A stretch of DNA of 64,000 bases from Squalus acanthias (Eukaryota). This document shows positions 1-12,365 of the stretch, piece by piece. Position 1 is the first letter of the stretch. Each line of letters opens with the position of its first letter. Position numbers and translations under genes: made by a program. Under the pieces are notes generated by a model. It was not told where the DNA came from and searched no databases. It worked only from the letters and a program-made list of their open reading frames with translations. Location of the stretch: positions 42,966,001 through 43,030,000 of the forward strand of contig CM059430.1 in the NCBI GenBank assembly GCA_030390025.1. The letters are read 5' to 3'.

Positions 1-3000
1 ACCATTTACTTTGCTGAATAGTCAGAAACTCCATATAGATGTAAATTAAATGTTGCTACTGTCAATTTAAAGGTTAACATTCCCAGTGCACTCTAGAACT
101 TAATAGCTTTTTTTTTTGCAAAACCAAACATTATATTGTGAACGTGTGATGCGATGTTGTCAGCCTTGGCATTGTGCCAGCTTGCACCCTTCACTGCAAG
201 CCCAGGTTTTAGTTCATTGTTTTGTGACAGTTATTTTTTTTATATATATAGAATGGTCACTTTTATTCAATTCCTATAGGATATCAATTTTTTTTAAACT
301 CTCACTTTCAATCTCAGGTCCAAAATTGCTTGTGAAGGTTCTTGATGCGAATGGCACCATACACTGGCATGGATGTTTGCCTCTGTGATGATATTCCTAG
401 GCGTTTGTACACTTTCCTCTTGTTTTGTTGTTTCCCTCTGTGTCTTGCCTCAGTAATTGGAAGCCTGGAAGATGATATCAGAAGACTGGCAACAATGTGG
501 AAGTAACTTGGGCTTATCCAGGATCTTCTGACCATTATAGCAGCGCCCTATGACCCAACAGAATGAGATTTGTTTTGTAAGCTCCTGGTACTATATAAAA
601 ATACATTGTGCAATACATGTTATAATACCCCTGTTGTTATAAAACAGCGCATCCTGTAACTCACAATGAGCAGTCATCTTTCTTCTCATTCACACTATAA
701 CTATAGTACTGGTGTGGTTTAACTTTGCACTGATGCTGCAGTTATAGTGTTAATTCAGCCTGATACCAGAACAGAGTGGAGTGAGCGTTCTTGGAGGAGG
801 TTGTTTCACTCCACTTTCCTTTGGAATCAGTACAGGCCTTAACACCTGATTCACAAGGCAGGTTTGGCATTGGCTGTGAAGCTGTTTCAGCTAAACTTGT
901 CAAGTGTGACTGCATCACTGGTGTTGCTGGCTAACTTTTGAGCGGTAGAGATTTCTGTACAGCATCAAAAAGGTACAATGCATTATGGCCCAGTCTATTT
1001 TTTTAAATCATTTTGACTACAGTGTTTTAGTTTTTTATAAATTGTACCAGCATTTCCCTCAAAATAATTCTCTTTATCCACACAGTGGTCCTCAGTCAGA
1101 CAGCTTGCTGGCATATCAATTGATCTTATAAATATTAATGCTTGGTCAATCCATTAGAAAGCAGAGTTGGAGACTGTCACACCCCCAATGATACAGTTTT
1201 GTTCCATCCTTCTGATTAAGATTGACCAACTCACCTGATGGAGAAACCCCAGGTACACATCTCCCGAGTGATTGGGATTCAAATTTGAAACCTGAAGTAA
1301 GATCCCAATACTCTGGTGGTGTTGCCAGGCTGTCTAACTGTTGTTCTGACTAGTATTTTATCCACAAAATGATCACATTATTTTAAAGGGATAAGATTTT
1401 CATGGGAAAAGTATTTGGCAAAAGTTTTTTCTATGTGTTTGCAAACACACCACACATTGGCATAAATCGCATTGCTTGTGTATCATGTTATTATGTCTAA
1501 AAACAGCTCTCCTGCCCTTTCTGTCTCCTCAAACAAAATCAAAAATCAGCAGTTTTTTTTGTGAAGGCAATGTCCCTTTAATTGCAGCCTTTTTTTAATT
1601 GAGGGAAAAAAGATACTCCCATCGAGGCTTGAACATATTTTAACAAATCTAAGCAACAAAGTTCCATTGTTGTAAGCAAAAAAAAAATCACATAAGAGAT
1701 CAGCAGAAAGAATAATCATATGCTATAGCAAGAGCAAAATGACTATACTTCTAACAATTTGGATTGCAGTGAGGAGTATTAGATTCTGTTTGTCATGCTT
1801 TATGTAACCAAACATATTTTGGAGACACTGATTACAAACATATGTCAGGGATAGTGAGTGCAGTAGATGATGTTGGCATACTTCTGTTTCATCTTTAAAG
1901 CCCATGAGCCGTAAATCATAGAGTTGAAAATGCAGCAGTATTGAGCTTTATGAATTGATACAATTTTAAGACCGGCAGCTGCTCCTGCTGCAGGGAAAGT
2001 TGACACGACGACTTTTATAATAGCCGAACATTTAAGGTTATAGGAATAAAGGGAAGGGGAGAAATCAACAGTGTTGGTCTTAGCCTGCAGGCTCACTTGA
2101 CTAACTCAGTACTACAGCAATTATTTCAGCTCTGACTTTCTCTGCAGTTCATTTGGAATGAAGCACAAACAGACATGGTAGGATTATCGGTGTTGTCAAT
2201 TAACAGTTCACCGCATTTTAGGCACACAGTACCAAGAAAAAGAGTTTGATTTTGATTTCATATTATGTAGGATTCATATATTTCACCTTACCAACTAAAG
2301 ATAGCAGCTAATACGTGATTTGATTCTTCTAGTTTTGGAACTAGCAACATAGATGTACTGTACTACAAATGCTACAAGACATGGTTGACTGTGAAAATAG
2401 CTCTGAAAGATAAAAGAATACCCAGATGTATGATGGTCCACTCTGCATTTAATGAAGCCATTGATTTTATTTTTTTTGCCTTTTCCACTCTGGGGTTGGC
2501 CTACCTATAGCTCAAGTATAGCAGAGGAGTGTGGGGAGCTGGTTTGAGGCCACTTGTCAGTGATTAAGTTAGCTCAGACAAATGAGTAATTAGTTGTCTG
2601 CCTTCAACAATAATGTCAAATGCCAAAGGCCCACTTGGCTGCTTTATTTTTTTTTTAAGTCCATTTAAAAGTGCAGCGAGATTTCTCCTCAATAGTGAAA
2701 GAGTGCTTGCTTTATGTCAAACTCTCTCCTGTAGCAGACTGAAGGGGAGGGAAGAGCTATTCCTTGTATACCTGGGCATCCAGGCAGACTGCCATTGGGA
2801 TTGGCTTCTCTAATAGGACGGCAGTGGTTTTTTGAAGACAATAAGGCACTTGTGATTCATTCATCCAGAAGCACATGGTGACCCAGAATGGAAAATCCAG
2901 TCTCACTACCTGTCTGTGTTTGAGCACCTCCGGCTGTGTGGGTGCAGTACAGTCTCACTGCCTCTGAGTGTCTCTGCAGCTCATACCCTCACATCCTGAC

Positions 3001-3345
3001 TGTGTCGCACATCTGTTGATAGCAAGGTGCCTCTCACTCTTTTCTGGCAGGCTATGAAATCACATTTGTAAGCCCCAAGCAACTCCAAATTCCATTTTTT
3101 AATTATGTTTTCCCATATATATTTTTATGATTTTACTTCACTGTATAAAGTTCCACTGCTGGCTGTGCACATTCCTCTGTTCACAGTACTGCATGTGGGC
3201 AACAATAGGAATCGCTATGTTCACTTATCTAAATAAATTGACTTTAAATAAAGAATTATTCTGCCAGCCCACTGTCTAGAGTGATGAGTGGCAGCCCAGT
3301 CATGCCATACATCGGTGCAATAGTGCGCTGTGCCACAGAGTGATA

Positions 3346-3610
3346 GGAACATTAGGAACAGGAGTTGGCCATTCTGCCCTTCGAGTCTGCTCCGCCATTC
3401 AATTAGATCATGGCTGATCTGCACCTCAACTCCATTTACCCACCTTTGCTCCATATCCCTCGATACGGTTACCTAACAAAATTCTATCTATCTCAGTCTT
3501 GAAAGCTCCAATTGTCCCAGTATAAACAGTCTTTTTGTGGGGTGGTGGTGGGGGGAGACAGAGTTCCAGATTCCTGCTACCCTTTGTGTGGAAAAGGTGG
3601 TTCCTGATAG
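3346..3610 (-). mobile_element. CR1 LINE 3' fragment
   Basis: Degenerate ORF2 end (HTKGSRNLEL..FKTEIDRILL..IEGYG) and CR1 3' UTR similar to the copy at 32545. Confidence 0.8.
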
Positions 3611-4539
3611 AGCGGTTATTGCCTGTAATAACCCACACCTGAGTTCCTGATCTCAACTTGCCAAACTAAGGAGGAGGGCCTCACCATGGAGATGATCTTT
3701 ATACCCTATAGCTGACCAAAACATGTGGCAATATGAAATGTATCTGCTCCGTTCCCAGACTATACATGTGGTATAAATATAGGATAACTCACTTGGTTAG
3801 TTCATATGTGTGAAAGACTCATAACTCATGAGTTCCAGGGAGGGGGTGAGTGAGTTATGAAGGCCTTGCTCAATGAGTGCAATCACTCATTCCCAGCAAG
3901 CTATTCTGGTTATTATTATTATTATGGGCTACTATTTTACGTTTTTGTACATTTTTAGCATAAATTTGAAATGATAGATTTATATTCTAAGAGAGATTTA
4001 TATTCAAGAGGTACAATTTAATAGCCCTGCAGTTGTGAGGTAGTATTGTTAAACTGTTCGGTGGCTTAACGGTTTCTAAAATGTTCATGATGTCTGAGAC
4101 TGGGGCTCTGATGTTTTCAAGTGCCTCTGCTTGTGGGGCCTTCGTATAATGCTCACACCCACAATCAGGAGCTGCTTATAAATCAAGACAGAATTACCAG
4201 ACATTGTGTCGCACTACTCCTGAGACCCCCCCCTTTAACATTTGGAGAGTAGTCGGTCTTTCATTCCTATCCCGTGTGCACATTTAGAGTGCCAAACCGA
4301 TGACTTGTTTATAACTTCGATCCTCGTCTTCTCCCTGGTGATTAAAGTGACAGAGCTCAGAGTTTCATTGTGGAAGAGAAGCACCTGGCCCCTGACTGAA
4401 TTATTGTGCTAACACAATAATTAAATTGAATGAGTAAATCATTGCAATGGGATGGGGGGGAGGCGGGGGAAGGGGGGCCGTGCACTTTTTTATTACTTCT
4501 ATATTTTGGTATCAAGCTGAGGAATGTCGGTGCTGGGGA

Positions 4540-4925
4540 ATGGAATACTTTTCCACTTTGAGCATCCAGTTGCAGTCTCAAGCACTGCCAGATAAACTAT
4601 AGCATGGCCAGATACAGAGTCGAGTTCCCTCTGCTCTGCACAAAAATGTGTCTTGTATCAGCCTGAAAAGAACATCCCTACTATACCCGTGTGAATTTTT
4701 AATTTTGCAAATCCGCCTTCATATGACCTTGGAAACTGCTAGTGTCAAATTGTATGGATTCACATTCACTAGCAAGAGGATTGAGACTGCCCAAAAATAT
4801 TTCACAGAAGATTCTGACAGCTAGGAGATAGGAAAGAGACTTTCATTTTACCAATCTCACTGCTTTTAATCTGAGGTCCCAGAGGTGTAAGGACTGTGTA
4901 CTAACCCACTGCACTACCCGGTCCT
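4540..4925 (-). mobile_element. Old tRNA-headed SINE, LF-SINE-like
   Basis: Minus strand starts GGACCGGGTAGTGCAGTGGGTTAGTACACAGTCCTTACACCTCTGGGACC..; body is colinear with the copy at 14850-15235. Confidence 0.5.
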
Positions 4926-6304
4926 TGTGACAATATATCAAACTTCTTTAATGAATAGTAATTTCCTTTGAAAGTAAATTTTGTATTTAGGAGTAGTCAA
5001 CAACCCACTACATCCCAATATAATCAATGGTGGGATGGTAGCCTATTTGCCCATCAGTGCAAAATACAGTGAGGGTACTAGGACCCGTGATTCTCCAGGA
5101 ACCTACTTCCAGCTAACCCCAGCTGTGTCATTTCAGGACAGGCACTTAGTACAGCCCGGGCATAGAGCATTGCTGAAGTGCCAATGTGAGCTACCAAAGG
5201 TGGAAGTTGCAGGTTCAACCTCCCACTCTTGAGTTCCTGATCTAAACCACATATCTGTCAGGAGGTTTTGAGCACTTTGTGTAAAAGATGGGAAATATTG
5301 GAGAGAGAGTAGTCACTGGATTGCTCTTGCACACCTCTTAACAACTGGCTCAAAGTGGCATTGGTGGAGGCACGACAACGTATCAGCCATAGTAGCTACA
5401 TGGGTTAGAGTTACTGAGGTAAAAAAAGCAATGTCATATATAACCCTCAGAAACCCTACCCTGATACTTGCAGAGTCTGGGACTAGATCACCTACCTATC
5501 CTTTTGCCTGTAAATGGTGAGCGGCTTGAGGACACCTAGTGGCAAAGTTAATTTTACAAATAATGGAGCTTCAAGATAAATGACACTTCCTTCAGGTAAA
5601 TAGCCTCATTGTTTCATGACACAAAGAACTTGGGTAACTCTAAGTAGTGAGTAACTTTTTCTTTTTAATTCAACACCAATTGACAATCTCACTCCGAGAA
5701 GCCAAAGAATGGATGCGGTGGGAAATGGAAAATGTCAGACTGGTGAGTAGTGGGTGCTCTACTAAGTTTGTGCCTGAGATACATTGTTGGAGCTTAACTG
5801 TGCATTTAGCTAAGCAATATATGACATGCTTGATGCTCGTACTGGGAGCTTGAAATGGAAAGTGTTGCATTCCTCAGCAGTAACATCCTCACCTTTAATT
5901 AAGCGGAATCAAAAATGAGAACAAAATTGTAACGTGTTCTAGTTATTGGAACTGTACATATTCTTGATCAACAGCTCTTGGAGATGAGGTAGTCAGAAAT
6001 CCACGACCATTAGGTGGACTCCCATTGTAACTTCAGCAGGAGTCCGCTGGAACATCTGGAAACTAAGTCGCAATATGTTAGGCTCTGGCCTAGCGCCAAA
6101 GCTAGCATTGTGGAGGTTGAGCCTCAGCCTGCCCATTACAAGGCCATCACTGTAAGGGATGGAGCTGGAGGCAGGGACATCAAACATTGGAATCCCCATG
6201 CCCGAGGCCTTTGGTGGGACTGAACATATAGTTACCAGAGGCATGCCGGAATCGCTGGCCCGCTTATTTTTGGGGCTGAGATTTTTGTACAGGCAAGTTG
6301 ATTT

Positions 6305-6430
6305 TATAAGCTCTTTGTATAGATAGGTACATAGTGTGGGCAACTTGTACAATGTAAAGGCACTTTGTCTAGATAACTACAGTGTATAGGCACTTTCTCT
6401 AGATAGATACAGTGTATAAGCACTTTGTAA
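6305..6430. repeat. Degenerate 30-bp minisatellite (~3-4 units)
   Basis: CACTTTGTCTAGATAACTACAGTGTATAGG / CACTTTCTCTAGATAGATACAGTGTATAAG in register at 6361 and 6391. Confidence 0.7.
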
Positions 6431-7410
6431 ATGCGGTTATGAACTGTAACCTTTGGAAGAGAAGAGTCAAATTCATTGAGGGTTTCAGCAGTAGCAGCAG
6501 CCTTGGTGGAAGGTGACAGCAGTAATACAAAGGCAGGATGAATTGGAAAGCATCTGTCAGAAGATGCTACAGCTGTGAATAGGATCAGCTGTTTCCCAGA
6601 TTAAGGTGTGTTTATATACCGGAAATGTTATGTTTTTGTAACTGATCTGTCCTCAATATGGTAACGCTATTGAACAGTATTATAAATCAATTGCTACTTT
6701 GAAATAAAGCTCCATAAATTCTTCATTTAAAGTACATTCAGCGATCTGTGCTTAAAATGTATAGCCTTAGGCTGTATGTTGCAATTGAGATCCATGGAGA
6801 CACTGATCTCTTCTTTAACATTGCTCAAAATGCACTTGCTCAGGTGTGACCCTTGGTATTACCAGTGCATTCGTAATTATGCATAATGGGAGTGAGAACA
6901 CAATGTACAAGCAGCCCTGTCCATTTGCACAATGAGGGATATTTACTCCTCTTAGCTTGTGTTTTGACTCCCAGGCAATCCCTAAAGCATGTTGGAATCA
7001 GGTAAGACAATCTATCTACTCACTCATAAGCAGACCCAGACAACAAGCTACAAAGATTTCCTCTGCTTTCAACTGATGAAAGAGCAAACCAAATGGCACC
7101 GTTTCTAAAGCAAGCTCCTACAGTATGTAAACTGCAAAGGGGAGGCCGTAGTGGTTATTCATTTGGCAGCATCAGGGAGATGAAAGCATCGCTGATTCAA
7201 GTGAGTCACAACCACTATTTGTCTATCCTACCTATCACCAGGCAACAGAGGTGGCTGTTGGGAGTGTGCAAGCAAGAGAAAATGAAAAAGACATTAAAAT
7301 AATCAAAGGCTTTGAAAGATCCCGTTTGCTCATGTGTTGGTTTACGCGTCAGTCTTTCAGTGATCCTAAGGTCAAGGCTGGGATTTCTGGGCAAGGAAGA
7401 GAGAACGATA

Positions 7411-8175
7411 GATAGAATCATAGAACGGTTACAGCACGAAAGAAGGCCATTCGGCCTGTCGAGCCTGTGCCAGCTCTCTGCAAAAGCACTTCAGCTAGTC
7501 CCACTCACCCGACCCGCCCTTTCCCCGTAGCCCTGCAAATTTCTTTCCTTCAGATACTTATCCAACTCCCTTTTGAAAGCCATGATTGAATCTGCCTCCA
7601 CCACCCTTTCAGGCTGTGCATTCCAGATCTTAACCACTTGCGGTGTAAAAATGATTTTTCTTACGTCGCCTTTGGTTCTTTTGCCAATCACCTTAAATCT
7701 GCGTCCTCTGGTTCTCGACCCTTCTGCCAATGGGAACAGTTTCCCTCTATCTACTTTGTCCAGACCCTTTGTGATTTTGAACACCTCTATCAAATTTCTT
7801 CTCAATCTCATCTGCTCCAAGGAGAACAAGGAGAGCTTTTCCAGTCTATCAATGTAACTGAAGTTCCTCATTCCTGGAATCATTCTCGTAAATCTTTTCT
7901 GCACCCTCTCTAAGGCCTTCACATCTTTCCTAAAGTGTGATGCCCAGAATTGGACACAGTACTCCAGTTGGGGCTGAATCAGTGTTTTATACAGGTTCAT
8001 CATAATTTCCACACTTTTGTACTCTGTACCTCTATTTATGAAGCCCAGGATCCCGTAAGCCTTTTTAACTGCTTTCTCAACCTGCCCTGCCACCTTCAAC
8101 GATTTGTGCACATATACCCCCAGGTCTCTCTGTTCGTGTACCCCCTTCAGGGTTGTACCATTTAGTTTATATGTC
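7411..8175 (-). mobile_element. CR1 LINE, 5'-truncated (ORF2 C-terminus)
   Basis: ORF 7491..8111 with KAYGILGFI, LEYCVQFW, RTRG..FK, FTPQVVKIWNAQP motifs; ATTCTAT tail. Confidence 0.92.
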
Positions 8176-8309
8176 CTCTCATATCTATTTCAAGTTTGCA
8201 CTCACTAGCAAACTGCCTTTTTCTAATAAATTTTTGCTTTCACTCTTGTCTCTGATCAGGGTATAAAGTTGCTGCTCACTGGTAGTAACACAATCTATGA
8301 TTCTATAAC

Positions 8310-8404
8310 AGGGGAGTGGGACTAATTGGACAGCACTTTCAAAGAGCCGACACTGGCACGATGGGCCGAAAGGCCGCCTTCTGTGTTGTAAGATTCTATG
8401 ATTC
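8310..8404 (+). mobile_element. CR1 / CR1-dependent SINE 3' tail
   Basis: GGGGAGTGGGACTAATTGGACAGC...GATGGGCCGAA...CTGTGTTGTAAGATTCTATGATTC. Confidence 0.7.
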
Positions 8405-8933
8405 AATCATTTGATGTGAAACATAGTAAGAGGCAAATAATCTGGGCCTTGATGCTATTAGATTATTCAGGAAAGGCTGATTTCCTTAAGCTTTTAATAA
8501 TAGAATGGCAACAACAGGTTTACGCCGGTTTCTGTACCGATCTTGTTGATAGGAACTTACGGTGAAATTTCCTACGGGGCTCAGTTTCCTATGCCCTATG
8601 TCCATTGGGAAGGCTATTCCAGCTGCTTAGTTCTTCTGAACGTGTGGGGGGGGGGGGGGTGTAGGAGGGTATGAACAATTGTGGGTGCACTGAGACTGAT
8701 GGCACTTTGGTTAAATGCTGGTTTCAGTAAGAAAATGGAATTCAATCCGGAGAAGTGTGAGGTAATGCATTTGGGGAGGGCTAACAAGGAAAGGGAATAC
8801 ACATTAAATGGTAGGACACTGAGTAGTGTAGAGGAACAAAGGGACCTTGGAGTGCATGTCCACAGATCCCTGAAGGTAGCAGGCCAAGTAGATAAAGTGG
8901 TTAAGAAGGCATACGGAATGCTTGCCTTTATTA

Positions 8934-9935
8934 ACCATCAAACTCACCATGGACTACTCCTCAGAATCGATTTCATTCCTGGACACACGAATCTCCATCA
9001 AAGACGGACACCTCAGCACTTCACTCTACCGCAAGCCCACGGACAACCTCACGATGCTCCACTTCTCCAGCTTCCACCCTAACCACGTTAAAGAAGCCAT
9101 CCCCTATGGACAAGCCCTGCAAATACACAGGATCTGCTCAGACGAGGAGGAACGCGATGGACACCTACGGACGCTGAAAAACGCCCTCGTAAGAACGGGA
9201 TATGACGCTCGACTCATCGATCGACAGTTCCGACGGGCCACAGCGAAAAATCGCATAGACCTCCTCAGAAGGCAAACACGGGACACAACCAACAGGGTAC
9301 CCTACGTCGTCCAGTACTTCCCCGGAGCGGAGAAACTACGCCATGTTCTTCGCAGCCTTCAACATGTCATCGATGACGACGAACACCTCGTTAAGGCCAT
9401 CCCCACGCCTCCACTACTTGCCTTCAAACAGCCGCCTAACCTCAGAAGTACCATCGTTCGCAGCAAATTACCCAGCTTTCAGGATAACAGCGACCACGAC
9501 ACCACACAACCCTGCCACGGCAACCTCTGCAAGACATGCCAGATCATCAACACAGATACCATCATCACACGTGAGGACACTACCCACCAGGTACATGGTA
9601 CATACTCATGTGACTCGGCCAACGTTGTCTACCTCATACGTTGCAGGAAAGAATGCACCGCGGCATGGTACATCGGCGAGACCATGCAGACACTGAGACA
9701 ACGTATGAACGGACACCGCGCAACAATCACCAGGCAGGAGTGTTCCCTCCCAGTCGGGGAACACTTCAGCAGTCAAGGACATTCAGCCTCGGATCTGCGG
9801 GTAAGCGTTCTCCAAGACGGCCTTAGAAACACACGACAACGCAAAATCATCGAGCAGAAACTGATAGCCAAGTTCCGCACTCATGAGGACGGTCTCAACC
9901 GGGATCTTGGGTTTATGTCACGATACATGACGTGA
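8934..9935 (+). pseudogene. Penelope polyprotein C-terminal part: RT end/thumb, Cys linker, GIY-YIG endonuclease
   Basis: ISFLDTRI, LYRKPT, C-x4-CxxC linker, NVVYLIRC..WYIGET..LRQRMNGH..GEHF..E..GLN; uninterrupted frame but lacks the RT catalytic core. Confidence 0.9.
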
Positions 9936-10245
9936 TCCAGACTCGAGTCGTCGTTGGCTTGTTCACAGATGTGATTCCCAGAAAAAAGTAAAAATTTTAA
10001 AGTTTATTGTTTTACATACTGACTGCAGCTTTTGACACGTTAGACCCCCTGTAACTCCACCTCATTGTCTCAGTTGTATCTTGCTATGTCTTTGATGTGG
10101 GACCTTCCTGGCTGACCTGATTGCCTTTTGTCACATCTCGGCAGATAAACAGTCAGGATGATTAAATTTAGTCGTCTACCATTGTAAGGTACACATGCAT
10201 TGTTCTCTATCTATATATGCTTTGGCGATTCTGTATCTCTTTACT

Positions 10246-10283
10246 TCACCCGACGAAGGAGCAACAGCTCCAAAAGCTTGTGA
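10246..10283 (+). ncRNA. Minimal type I hammerhead ribozyme, mutated core (Penelope pLTR)
   Basis: TCAC-CCGACGA-A-GGAGC-AACA-GCTCC-AAAA-GCTT-GTGA; CUGA has become CCGA and GAAA has become AAAA. Confidence 0.75.
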
Positions 10284-10997
10284 TTTCAAATAAAACTGTT
10301 GGACTATAACCTGGTGTTGTGCGACTTCTCATTTTTGTCCACCCCAGTCCAACACCGCCATCTCCGCATTTATTAGCTGTGGCATAGAATACAAGAGCAG
10401 GGGGGTTATGCTTCAACTGTATAAAACACTAGTTAGGCCTCAGCTAGAGTATTGCGTGCAGTTCTGGTCGCCACATTGCAGGAAAGGTGTGATTGCATGA
10501 GAGAGGGTACAGAGGAGATTTACAAGGATGTTGCTGGGAGGAGAGAATCTTAGCTATGAGGAAAGACTGGATAGGCTGGGTCTGTTTTCCTTGGAACAGA
10601 GGAGGCTGAGGGGAGACATTATTGAGGTGTATAAAATTATGAGGGGCATAGATAAAGTGGATAGAAAGGACCTATTTCCCTTAGCAGAGGGGTCAAAAAC
10701 CAGGGGGCACAGATTTAAAGTAATTGGGGGAAGGTTTAGAGGGGATTTGAGGGGAAATTTCTTCACCCAGAGGGTTGTGGGGGTCTGGAACTCACTGCCT
10801 GAAAGGGTGGTAGAGGCAGGAACCCTAACCACATTTAAAAAGTACTTGGATGTGCACTTGGGATGCTCTAACCTGCAGGGCTATGGACCAAGAGCTGGGA
10901 AGTGGGATTAGGCTGGATAGCTCTTCGTTGGCCGGCGCGGACACGATGGGCTGAAATGGCCTCCTTCCGTGCTGTAACTTTCTATGATTCTATGATA

Positions 10998-11367
10998 AAA
11001 TTCAAAAAGATACATAGAAAGTCGCTATCAAACTCCGGAAATCTCAGTTACGCTGATATCAGATGGCATCGCCCGTGCTTTGCTTAAACCTTTGGGCGAA
11101 ATCTACGCCAGTGCACTATTCATGTAAATCCAGGAAACTCGTGTGAGCTGGTGTTGTGCATGGGGGCAGAGCTATTTAAAGGAGCGGCAGAGGCTGTCAG
11201 TGTGTATGTCTCGGAAAAGTCACAAACGATCGAGGAAATTCACACGCAGTGATGTTTCAACGTATAATCGGCGTAAATCAGCTTTGCGCAAATTTCCTCA
11301 GCGAAAAAAGGTGCTATGCTGCGCTTAAGCCTCAGTTACACTGAAACTTTCCAGGAAATTCCGGGCC
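10998..11367. mobile_element. Right part of a CpG-containing non-autonomous DNA element (left part probably ~8445-8730)
   Basis: Ends GGAAATTCCGGGCC, same terminus class as the MITEs at 15529, 26904 and 29119. Confidence 0.5.
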
Positions 11368-11544
11368 ATTATTCATTTTTTTTTAAATAAATTCAAGATA
11401 CTGATTTGATTTTTGTTGGTGTCAAAATATTTTTGTGCCTATTTATCCTGATTTCCATGAGGAAACAATGTGCCTTATTGGTGTTCCTCTCTCACAGTAC
11501 ACAGCAATCAGATTTCTTATGATGATGATGATTTTTCTAATTTG

Positions 11545-11757
11545 TCAATTTTCATGTGTGTGATTAGAATGAGAAGCCTGCCTGAGTTTTGTTGCCACCT
11601 TGACTAGCCCAGCTGATGTCCAATGGCACATGTCTATTACCATCCTAACTGAGCTTTGGTAACTCAACACAACAGGGATTGAACTTGGGACCTTTTGTGG
11701 CTTGTATGGTTCTTTCACAATGGGCAGCACACTTAGCAACTGAGCCAATGGGGCTGC
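11545..11757 (-). mobile_element. Old tRNA-headed SINE (unnamed family B), partial
   Basis: Minus strand TGGCTCAGTTG A-box and AGTTCAATCCC B-box; matches the head at 23130. Confidence 0.55.
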
Positions 11758-11984
11758 TCATTTCCAGCTTCCACTTAATCATTGCACAGGATAGCCGCTA
11801 TTGTTTTCTAACACCTTCACTTATCACTGCCCAGGGGCTCTTTTTTAGAGTTATGAATCAATAATCTACAGATAGCATTTTCAGCAAGTGAAATTACGAT
11901 TTGCAAATTTGATTTTGTTCAATCCACGACATTATTTCTCCAATCACTAAATCAGAAGTTTGTAAAGTATACAGGCAGTAAAAT

Positions 11985-12365
11985 AACAATACCAACCAAC
12001 AAGGAAAATAGAATACTGGATTATATAACCAAAATAATTGAGTACAAATTGAAGAAAGTCAGGCTTAATCTGTTCAGTGCTCTGGTCATACCGCACTTTG
12101 AGTACTGCCTCCAGTTCTAGTCACTGAACTGCAAGAGAAACAGTCAGCATCTGGAGATGGTGCAGAGATGAGCTACAAGACTGAGGAAAGACCGGAGAGA
12201 CTTTGATTTTTTTCAACCTTGAAAGTTAGCCGTTGCAAGGGGACTGATATGTGAGCTAGCAAATGGTATAGACAAATAAATTTGGAACATTACCTCAAAT
12301 GAAACTGCCGCAGTAGGACAAGGATACACAGTTTCAAACGAGTGAAAGGCAAAATTAGGACTGAT
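11985..12365 (+). mobile_element. Old degraded CR1 fragment
   Basis: Remnants of CR1 ORF2 DNA (GAGTACTGCCTCCAGTTCTAG, GTAGGACAAGGATACACAGTTTCAAAC). Confidence 0.65.

Larger units (their letters stand above)
8934..10368 (+). mobile_element. Penelope-like retroelement, 5'-truncated, with pLTR/3' UTR; TSD TTTATTA
   Basis: TTTATTA at 8927-8933 and 10369-10375 flanks the insert; contains RT thumb + GIY-YIG ORF and a hammerhead-like motif. Confidence 0.92.
8735..10997 (+). mobile_element. CR1 LINE split by a Penelope insertion (CR1 parts 8735-8933 and 10369-10997)
   Basis: MEFNPEKCEVMHLG..KKAYGMLAFI resumes after the insertion with GIEYKS..LEYCVQFW..FFTQRVVGVWNSLP; TTCTATG tail. Confidence 0.92.

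Noticed and set aside
116-535. Possible terminal FTO exon (acceptor-like TCTCAG|G at ~317)
   Set aside because: No frame resembles the FTO C-terminus; FTO linkage is expected from synteny only and is not visible here.
6305-6430. CRISPR-like periodic repeat
   Set aside because: Head-to-tail 30-bp units without unique spacers, eukaryotic context, no cas genes.
8681-9082. Apparent novel fusion ORFs across the CR1/Penelope junction
   Set aside because: Artefact of insertion; no promoter or splice evidence for a real chimeric gene.
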